Below are positions 57,162 to 64,000 of a DNA stretch of 64,000 nt, piece by piece (the first letter of the stretch is position 1; each line of letters begins with the position of its first letter). The DNA is taken from assembly GCA_964497515.1 (NCBI GenBank), contig CAZCCV010000003.1:70840-134839 (forward strand). The letters run 5' to 3'. The notes beneath the pieces are model-generated. The model was not told the DNA's origin. It searched no databases and saw only the letters and a list, made by a program, of their open reading frames with translations. Source of the stretch: an uncultured bacterium (GTDB lineage: Bacteria > Armatimonadota > UBA5829 > DTLH01). Made by a program: the position numbers and the translations under genes.

Positions 57162-57619
57162 ACAAATATTTGGTGAAGAGCTTGCATGGCACTTGCCACG
57201 TCCTGCTGTTCCTGCGGCGTAAGTTTGCTGAGGTGATTCTTCATAAGCTCTCGGGCTCGTGCGCTTGTGGAATCGAGTTCTTCTGCACCTGATGCAGTGA
57301 GCGTTACTACTGCTCGGCGGCGGTCGCCTTCTGCAGTCTTTCTCTCCAGATAATTCCGTTTCACCAGACCATCCACGAGCTTTGATGCGGTGGACAGTGC
57401 TACCCCGAGGTATTCTGAGACTTCGGATATGCAAGCACTCTTCCGTCTGTTGAGGAAAATAAGTGCCCTAAACTGTGGAACAGATAGGCCCTCAGGACGG
57501 TTGGCGCGCATGGCTCCTCTGAATGTTCCCATTATTTTCGGTGCTACCGACATCACAAGCGACGCGATATCGTCGTCAGATTTGCAGTTTTCGCCGCTTC
57601 GTATTGCCAATGGTTTCAT
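57146..57619 (-). CDS. MarR-family transcriptional regulator
   Basis: Winged-helix region VPQFRALIFLNRRKSACISEVSEYLGVALSTASKLVDGLVKRNYLER. Confidence 0.85.
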   Translation of the reverse strand: MKPLAIRSGENCKSDDDIASLVMSVAPKIMGTFRGAMRANRPEGLSVPQFRALIFLNRRKSACISEVSEYLGVALSTASKLVDGLVKRNYLERKTAEGDRRRAVVTLTASGAEELDSTSARARELMKNHLSKLTPQEQQDVASAMQALHQIFVKPAK

Positions 57620-57694
57620 AAGCGAAGTATAATACCATTGTTACGTGATGTCAAAGGTATGGCTCGAAGCGTTTACGTGAGCCTGGAGAGGTTT

Positions 57695-59308
57695 ATGAAG
57701 AAGTGGTTAGCTGTTCTGATTCCCGTGATTATCATTGCGGGATTGATAGTATGGAGAATTGATCAGAAGAAGTCCGAAGCGGCTGAACAGATGAATCAGC
57801 GTGTGGGCAGATCTCAGATGCCTGCGTCCGTCGAAATGGCCGAACTGCAGGTTAGAGATATTGTCAACAAATTTGAAGCTACAGGTTCTGTAGAGCCGCT
57901 ACACAATGTGAATATATCTCCCCGAATTACCGGCAGGGTGGAGTATCTGAATGTTCGAGAGGGCGACCGTGTAAAATCGGGGCAGGTGCTCGTTCGACTC
58001 GACGAATCGCAGTTAGATGCTGATGTCCGGGCACAACAGGCGGCGGTTGCACAAGCCAAATACCGGCTGGCACAGGCTCAACTCACACAGGAGACGACGG
58101 ACTCGTCGGTTACTACTCAACTGCGTCAGCAGCAAGCCTCTCTCGCCAGTGCAGAAGCCGATCTTAAACAAGCCGAGAAGACTCGCGCTGCACAGTATGA
58201 GTCTGCCAAAGCACTCGTCGAAGATGCTCAAACGAAGATCGAGAGCGCTGCAGCATCTGTCGCAAATGCTCGCGCAGGCGTGAAGAGTGCAGAAGCCAAC
58301 CTTGAGAATGCCACTGCCAAGCTCGATAGAGCTAACGAGCTCTACAAACTCGGCTACATCTCAACACAGGCCGTTGAAGATGCCCGAACTACAGTGAGCG
58401 TTCAACAGTCTGCACTCGAGACTGCAAAAGGACAGCTTCAGTCGGCGATCGCTGCAGAGAACTCTGCTGTTACCCAGAAACGATCCGCGGAGCAGCAAGC
58501 GAATATCATCCGTGCGAAAGCAGACGCCGACTTGGAAGCCGCACGCGCCAGATTGATTCAAGCTAATGCGGCTCTTGATTATGCAGAGGCCAACAAAAGC
58601 CAGTCGCCAGCCTATAAACAGAGCTTGGAGGCTCTGAAGGCCGCTGTGTCTGCTGCACAGGCTTCGCTAGATAGCGCAATCTCGAAGAAGCAAGACTCAG
58701 TGCTCAAATCCCCTATTGATGGCGTCATCACTGCTCGCAATCTAGATCCGGGCAGTCTGGCATCTTCCGGACAACCGATTCTTACGATTCAAGCGATAAA
58801 CAAAGTCTGGGTAACGGTTGCTGTTCCAGAGGACGTTTGTACCAAACTGCGAATTGGGCAGACCGCCAAAGTGACTTTTGATGCGCTGGAAGGCAAATTT
58901 TTCGAAACGCAAATAGCACAGATTAACCCATCTGCTGACCTGGGTAGCCGTCAGTACACGATCCGTGTGATTCTGGACAACTCTCAGAAGGAACTTACAA
59001 CGGGAATGTTCGCCCGAGTGGCATTCACTATCGGGCACGCCAAAAACGCACTCGCTGTTCCGAGGGAAGCTGTTCAGGAGCGTTCGGATGGCTCTAGTTA
59101 CTTGATTGTGGCTGGTAGAGACGGCAAAGCAGAGTTCTTGACGGTTTCGACTGGAGTGGCCGACGGCCATTGGGTGGCGATTACGACGAGTATTCCGCCG
59201 TCGGCAAAGGTCGTAACAATGAGTGCTTCTCCAGTGCGTGAAGGGCAGATGCTCCGGACAAGCAATGACGGTCGCGGTGCTGCAGGTCGGATGGGAAGCA
59301 AGTCATGA
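57695..59308 (+). CDS. RND efflux periplasmic adaptor (membrane fusion protein, HlyD family) with extended Ala/Gln-rich coiled coil
   Basis: N-terminal TM anchor, long alpha-helical hairpin, biotinyl-lipoyl and beta-barrel segments. Start MKKWLAVLIP (RBS GGAGAGG). Confidence 0.8.
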   Translation: MKKWLAVLIPVIIIAGLIVWRIDQKKSEAAEQMNQRVGRSQMPASVEMAELQVRDIVNKFEATGSVEPLHNVNISPRITGRVEYLNVREGDRVKSGQVLVRLDESQLDADVRAQQAAVAQAKYRLAQAQLTQETTDSSVTTQLRQQQASLASAEADLKQAEKTRAAQYESAKALVEDAQTKIESAAASVANARAGVKSAEANLENATAKLDRANELYKLGYISTQAVEDARTTVSVQQSALETAKGQLQSAIAAENSAVTQKRSAEQQANIIRAKADADLEAARARLIQANAALDYAEANKSQSPAYKQSLEALKAAVSAAQASLDSAISKKQDSVLKSPIDGVITARNLDPGSLASSGQPILTIQAINKVWVTVAVPEDVCTKLRIGQTAKVTFDALEGKFFETQIAQINPSADLGSRQYTIRVILDNSQKELTTGMFARVAFTIGHAKNALAVPREAVQERSDGSSYLIVAGRDGKAEFLTVSTGVADGHWVAITTSIPPSAKVVTMSASPVREGQMLRTSNDGRGAAGRMGSKS

Positions 59309-62300
59309 ATATAGCGAAATTTGCCGTATCCAGACCTGTCGCAGTTACGATGCAGATTACGGCTCTGGTTCTTCTCGGGTTTATCTGTTTCACAAGGCTT
59401 CCAGTTGATCTTCTTCCGCGGGTTACTCTGCCTTCAGTCAGCGTCACTACCGACTGGCCGAACGTGGCACCAGAGGAAATCGAGGCGCAGATAACCAGAC
59501 CAATCGAACAGGCGGTATCCTCTACGCCGAATCTTTACCAGGTTACATCCTCTACTACTGCCGGCAACTCCAGGGTTACGGTTCGGTTCAATTGGGGAAC
59601 CGACATCGGGCAGGGTGCTATCGACGTTATGCAGAGGGTGGAGCGGGCAAAACGCAGATTTCCAATTGATCAGACCCTTCAGACCCCGGCTGTTATGAAG
59701 TTCGACCCAAATCAGATGCCGATTCTGACAGTCGGTTTCTACGGTGAAAAGGATCCTGTGAAACTGAGGAGCCTTCTAGACAACCAGATTTCACCAATAA
59801 TCGAATCCGCGGATGGCGTGGCGTCGGCTACAGTAAGTGGTGGTCAGCCGCGCTCAATTATGGTAAATGTCGACCCCATAAAACTCCGCGCCCACAATTT
59901 GGCTCTTGCAGATGTAATTCGCAGGCTGATGCAGGAGAACATCAACTCTCCAGCTGGTATCGCACGGCAGAGTGACACCGAATACACTATACGCAGCCTC
60001 GGATGGCTCACCAGCCCCGATCAGATACGTTCTATCCCACTAGCTGCACCAAACGGGCAGATTGTAACACTGGGTGACGTGGCAAAAGTCGAGGATACTC
60101 ACCAAGAGACGCGAGTCTATGCCAGAATGAACGGTGAACCCGCTGCCGGGATTATGATCACCAAACAGAGTGATGCGAATACCATTAGCACAGTCAAATC
60201 GGTGATGGAACGCCTGGAGCGAGTCAAAGAACTGTATCCACACTTAGAACATAAGGTGGCTTATAACCAGGCGTCGTACGTGCAGAGGTCAGTCGACGAT
60301 CTCAAAGTAAATGCAATCATTGGTGGCGTGCTGGCTGTGCTGATTCTGTTGTTCTTCCTCAGAAACTTGCGAAGCACGCTCGTTGTGGCGCTCGCTATTC
60401 CAATATCAATTGTCTCCACATTTGCGCTCGTCTATCTGTGCGGCTTTACGCTGAACACCATGTCGCTCAGCGGTCTTGCGCTCGCGACGGGTCTTATTGT
60501 CGACGATGCTGTGGTTGTGCTCGAAAACATATTCCGGCATATCGAACGTGACAAACTCCCTGCCAGGGAGGCTGCAATCAAGGGCACTAACGAGATTATG
60601 TCGGCGGTTGTAGCTTCAACCTGGACGGTTATGGTCGTCTTTCTTCCGCTGATGTTGATTAAAGGCCAGTCTGGTCAGATGTTCACTCAGTTTGCACTGG
60701 TAGTTGTCTTTGCACTTGCGGTGTCGCTTCTTGATGCGGTAACAGTTGTCCCGATGCTTGCGAACAAGTTAATATCTAGCGAAGCGCACGTTGATACGAT
60801 GGAAAACGGACACCGTCATAAGAGACTTTCAAGCAGGGTGTTCAACAGATTTGGAGAGTGGTTCGATTCGCTCGACCACACTTATCGTAATGGACTTGAC
60901 TGGGCGCTGAATCATCGAATGCTTACAATAGTCGGTGCACTCATTATAACCGGCGCAACGTTCTTTCTTCTTCCTCAACTCGGCAGAGAGATGATGCCGC
61001 AAACCGACACAGGCGATATGTCGGTTTACATTAGGCTACCACCCGGCACAGCGCTTTCGAAGACTAATGCTGTTATGCAGCAAGTGGAACAGATACTGCT
61101 GAAGAACCCGAACGTAGAGACTGCTTTCGCTTCTGCGGGCTCTACATCTGCGACTCGCGGTAGCGGTGGTTCGTCTCAGTCTAGCCAGGGTGGGGTGACA
61201 ATCCATTTGAGAGATGACCGCAAGCAGAGCACGCAGGAAGTGATTGCCGATCTCCGAAAAGAGCTTTCCAGTATTCCGGGTGTAAGACCGCAGATACGCA
61301 TAAACGATATCGTCAGTATGCTGATGACTGGTGGCATGGAAAACGTCGAGATCGATATTTTCGGGCATGATCTGGTTACGCTGTCTAAGCTGTCCAAAGA
61401 CGTTATGGCTCGTGTGAGGGATGTTCCTGGTTTGGAAAATGTGGATGTCAACTGGCAAGAGTCGATGCCCGAAATCCAGTGGAAAGTGAACCGAGAAAAA
61501 GCCGCTCAGCTCGGTGTCACCTTTAGCGACATTGCAAGCACGTTAAATATTGCAACAAACGGCACTATCGCCACCTACTATCAGGAAGAAGGCTTTCAGT
61601 ATCCTATCGTTGTGCAGTTGCCAGAAGCCGACCGCAAGACCGTCGAAGCGATGTCAAATCTGATCATAAAGCCGAGTGGTTCAAATGGGAGTGATATTGT
61701 GCTAAGGCAAGTGGCAACTCCTATTTACGCCTTTGGTCCTAGCCAGATAACCCGACAGGACAGGCAGCGTTTTATTGCTGTTACGGGCACTCCTCAGGGC
61801 AGAACTGTGAGCGAAGTTCAGGCCGATGTCGAAAAAGCACTGGCTGAAATGAAGATGCCAGCAGGTTACTATTGGGATTGGGGAACCAGTCAGAAGCGAC
61901 AGGCGGAGGAGTTCAGTGGAATGGGGCTCGCAATTGTGCTCGCTATCTGCATTATTTTTATGCTGCTTGCAGCGCAATTTGAGTCGCTTACGCACCCGCT
62001 CGCGATACTTCTTTCGGTACCGCTCGCCGCTACGGGTGTAATTCTTGGATTGTTCCTCACCGGAAGATCGTTTGGTCTCACTGCGCTCATTGGTGTGTTG
62101 ATGCTAGTTGGAATCGTAGTAAAGAACGGTATTCTGCTTGTTGATTACACCAATACACTCCGAAGGCGTGGTTTCAAACGGAACGAAGCCGTGCTCGTGG
62201 CTTCTCCGACCAGGTTGCGACCGATTCTGATGACAGCGTCTGCTGCGATGCTGGGAATGCTTCCGATAGCGCTTGGAATAGGGAAAGGTTCAGAGATACA

Positions 62301-62454
62301 GGCGCCGATGGCTACTGCAGTCATTGGAGGACTGCTTACATCGACGTTGCTGACTCTCTTTGTAGTTCCGATCGCCTACACGCTGTTAGACGACATAACG
62401 AAGAAATGGTATAAACCTGAGCCAGTCGCGGTGGACGAGCCCAGGACAGATTAG
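59305..62454 (+). CDS. RND efflux transporter permease (AcrB/HAE1 family)
   Basis: 1049 aa, 12-TM RND architecture. ATGA overlap with the adaptor gene. Confidence 0.9.
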   Translation: MNIAKFAVSRPVAVTMQITALVLLGFICFTRLPVDLLPRVTLPSVSVTTDWPNVAPEEIEAQITRPIEQAVSSTPNLYQVTSSTTAGNSRVTVRFNWGTDIGQGAIDVMQRVERAKRRFPIDQTLQTPAVMKFDPNQMPILTVGFYGEKDPVKLRSLLDNQISPIIESADGVASATVSGGQPRSIMVNVDPIKLRAHNLALADVIRRLMQENINSPAGIARQSDTEYTIRSLGWLTSPDQIRSIPLAAPNGQIVTLGDVAKVEDTHQETRVYARMNGEPAAGIMITKQSDANTISTVKSVMERLERVKELYPHLEHKVAYNQASYVQRSVDDLKVNAIIGGVLAVLILLFFLRNLRSTLVVALAIPISIVSTFALVYLCGFTLNTMSLSGLALATGLIVDDAVVVLENIFRHIERDKLPAREAAIKGTNEIMSAVVASTWTVMVVFLPLMLIKGQSGQMFTQFALVVVFALAVSLLDAVTVVPMLANKLISSEAHVDTMENGHRHKRLSSRVFNRFGEWFDSLDHTYRNGLDWALNHRMLTIVGALIITGATFFLLPQLGREMMPQTDTGDMSVYIRLPPGTALSKTNAVMQQVEQILLKNPNVETAFASAGSTSATRGSGGSSQSSQGGVTIHLRDDRKQSTQEVIADLRKELSSIPGVRPQIRINDIVSMLMTGGMENVEIDIFGHDLVTLSKLSKDVMARVRDVPGLENVDVNWQESMPEIQWKVNREKAAQLGVTFSDIASTLNIATNGTIATYYQEEGFQYPIVVQLPEADRKTVEAMSNLIIKPSGSNGSDIVLRQVATPIYAFGPSQITRQDRQRFIAVTGTPQGRTVSEVQADVEKALAEMKMPAGYYWDWGTSQKRQAEEFSGMGLAIVLAICIIFMLLAAQFESLTHPLAILLSVPLAATGVILGLFLTGRSFGLTALIGVLMLVGIVVKNGILLVDYTNTLRRRGFKRNEAVLVASPTRLRPILMTASAAMLGMLPIALGIGKGSEIQAPMATAVIGGLLTSTLLTLFVVPIAYTLLDDITKKWYKPEPVAVDEPRTD

Positions 62455-63881
62455 AATCGCAGATCGCGTTCGCCGTTTCGAATCCGGGCAAGGAACTCTT
62501 CGGTCTTATGTCGCGCCTTTTCGTTGGGGATGGAGTCCAATTCCTTCGAGATTACTTGCGCACCGAGTTCACGGAGCTCACTATCGGCGTAGTCTTCAAG
62601 GTACTCCTGCAGAGTAAGTAGTGCATTGCCCTGACAGACGTTAGATATCTGACCCGTCTTAGCAAGGCGCATAAACCGGTCGCCTGTCCGCCCCTCACGA
62701 TAGCACGCAGTGCAATAACTGGGGATGTATCCATCTTCCATCAGGTCTTTCAGCACTGCAGCCGGAGAGCGGTGGTCTTCCGTCACAAACTGCGGTTTAG
62801 ATTCAGTCCCAAGCTTGTTCGAGAGCGCATATCCGCCGACTCCGGTACACGAACCAGCGCTGACCTGAGAAATCCCGAGCGCTATCACTTCATCCCGATA
62901 GCCAACGGGTTCTCTCGTCGACAGAATCATCCCTGTATACGGCACTGCAAGCCTGAGGACAGCGACTATCTTTTTGAAATCATCGTCAGAAACAATGTAA
63001 GGGAAGTCCGTTGCATCGACTCCGACAGCCTGCCTGATTCTCGGTACAGAGAGCGTGTGAGGGCCAACACCCATCGCAGCTTCCAAGTGTTCGGCGTGCA
63101 TAAGCATCGCGACCGTATCATACTTCCAATCGTAGAGCCCGTAGAGCACACCTAGTCCAACGTCATCGATTCCAGACTGCATAGCGCGGTCGTGCGCTTC
63201 GGTGTGCCATTCATAGTTTCGCTTCGGCCCAGCCGGATGAACCTTATGATACGTGGGTTTGTGGTAAGTCTCCTGGAAAAGAATATAAGTACCGATTCCG
63301 GCATCTTTCAGCTTCGTATAGTTTTCGACTGTTGTCCCAGCAATATTTACGTTGACTCGGCGGATAGCGCCGTTATCGAACTTCAGCTCATAGATAGTCT
63401 TGATGCAGTCCAAAACATAGTCGACAGGGCAGTTTATGGGGTCTTCACCAGTCTCAAGGGCGAGTCGCTTGTGTCCCATACTTTCGAGAACGCGAACCTC
63501 TTCGGCAAGTTCTTCCTGACTCAGCTTTCGGCGTGTAATGTCGTGCTCTGCATTGTATCCGCAGTATGTGCACCGATTTATACAGTAATCCGACAGATAG
63601 AGCGGAGCGAACATAACGATTCGTTTTCCGTAAATGTGCTCCTTAATCTGCCGCGCCATTTTGAATATCCGGTCGAGTATTTCAGGAGAGTCCACTTCCA
63701 GCAGCACTGCTGCCTCACGGTGAGTAAGGCCAGTAAAAGTAGCTGCCTTATCGAGCAGTTCTTGCACGCGGACAGGGTCTTTGGATTCTGCTTTTGCCAG
63801 TTCCAGAGTAGCCGTTATCTCATCGTGAGATATGAATTCGTTTGCATCCATCGATTTCGGGTTGTATTTCACTTCTAACAT
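62451..63881 (-). CDS. hydG: [FeFe]-hydrogenase H-cluster radical-SAM maturase HydG (tyrosine lyase)
   Basis: Radical-SAM CxxxCxxC (CINRCTYC). C-terminal CTAC-x22-C auxiliary-cluster motif diagnostic of HydG vs ThiH. 476 aa. Confidence 0.8.
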   Translation of the reverse strand: MLEVKYNPKSMDANEFISHDEITATLELAKAESKDPVRVQELLDKAATFTGLTHREAAVLLEVDSPEILDRIFKMARQIKEHIYGKRIVMFAPLYLSDYCINRCTYCGYNAEHDITRRKLSQEELAEEVRVLESMGHKRLALETGEDPINCPVDYVLDCIKTIYELKFDNGAIRRVNVNIAGTTVENYTKLKDAGIGTYILFQETYHKPTYHKVHPAGPKRNYEWHTEAHDRAMQSGIDDVGLGVLYGLYDWKYDTVAMLMHAEHLEAAMGVGPHTLSVPRIRQAVGVDATDFPYIVSDDDFKKIVAVLRLAVPYTGMILSTREPVGYRDEVIALGISQVSAGSCTGVGGYALSNKLGTESKPQFVTEDHRSPAAVLKDLMEDGYIPSYCTACYREGRTGDRFMRLAKTGQISNVCQGNALLTLQEYLEDYADSELRELGAQVISKELDSIPNEKARHKTEEFLARIRNGERDLRF

Positions 63882-63882
63882 C

Positions 63883-64000
63883 TCACTTTGCCTCCTTCGC
63901 CAGCGCCGTTTTTACTGAGACTCCTCTAACTCGTCCGAGATTTCCCGTCAACGCACTAATCTCATCGGCTGCGCCATCGACTATCAGAGAAATGACCGAT
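63883..64000 (-). CDS. C-terminal fragment of upstream gene translationally coupled to hydG (product unknown; possibly a small ACT/NikR-like hydrogenase-maturation-associated protein)
   Basis: Open frame ...SVISLIVDGAADEISALTGNLGRVRGVSVKTALAKEAK* stops 1 nt before the hydG ATG. The hydG RBS AAGGAGG lies inside its 3' end. Confidence 0.3.
   Translation of the reverse strand, partial: SVISLIVDGAADEISALTGNLGRVRGVSVKTALAKEAK

Overview
This is a 64-kb chromosomal segment of a bacterium, roughly 55% GC, with strong GGAGG-type ribosome-binding sites and sigma70-like TTGACA/TATAAT promoters. Phylum cannot be assigned from this window alone.

Genes are densely packed, and most of them are core housekeeping functions.
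- **Translation/RNA block:** the conserved nusA-ylxR-infB-ylxP(DUF503)-rbfA-nrnA-truB-ribF-rpsO-pnp block, followed by an M16 peptidase, dapB, asd and RNase J.
- **Respiration:** nuoHIJKLMN (complex I membrane arm only) behind a perfect consensus promoter.
- **Central metabolism and cofactors:** purA, ppdK, archaeal-type iPGM (apgM), birA-nadC, and an Rrf2(NsrR-like)-hcp pair.
- **Envelope and secretion:** a PEP-CTERM (exosortase cargo) protein plus two other secreted proteins, an operon of two tandem S41 C-terminal processing proteases with a CE4 polysaccharide deacetylase, HtrA, a PrsA/SurA-like foldase lipoprotein, and a membrane-anchored C39-like cysteine peptidase.
- **Signalling:** a cytoplasmic beta-helix protein translationally coupled to a GAF histidine kinase and a NarL-type response regulator; a triple-PAS protein ending in an RsbW/SpoIIAB-like GHKL Ser-kinase domain with no HisKA; a YcgR-like PilZ protein; and an APH-family kinase.
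- **Efflux:** a MarR-MFP-RND module.
- **Window edges:** a MEMO1/AmmeMemoRadiSam-B gene at the left edge and a [FeFe]-hydrogenase maturase HydG at the right edge.
- **Other:** one tRNA-Ser(GGA), followed by an ICMT-family methyltransferase ORF that reads through into an EamA-transporter fragment.

No rRNA, CRISPR array, transposase, integrase, phage genes or reverse transcriptase were seen.

The least-explained loci are listed below.
- A co-oriented pair of a 75-aa protein and an NA37 (YejK/NdpA)-like protein.
- The PAS-RsbW-type orphan kinase.
- The beta-helix/HK/RR operon.
- A cluster of three DnaA boxes between convergent genes.
- A 700-bp structured non-coding leader carrying a palindromic operator.
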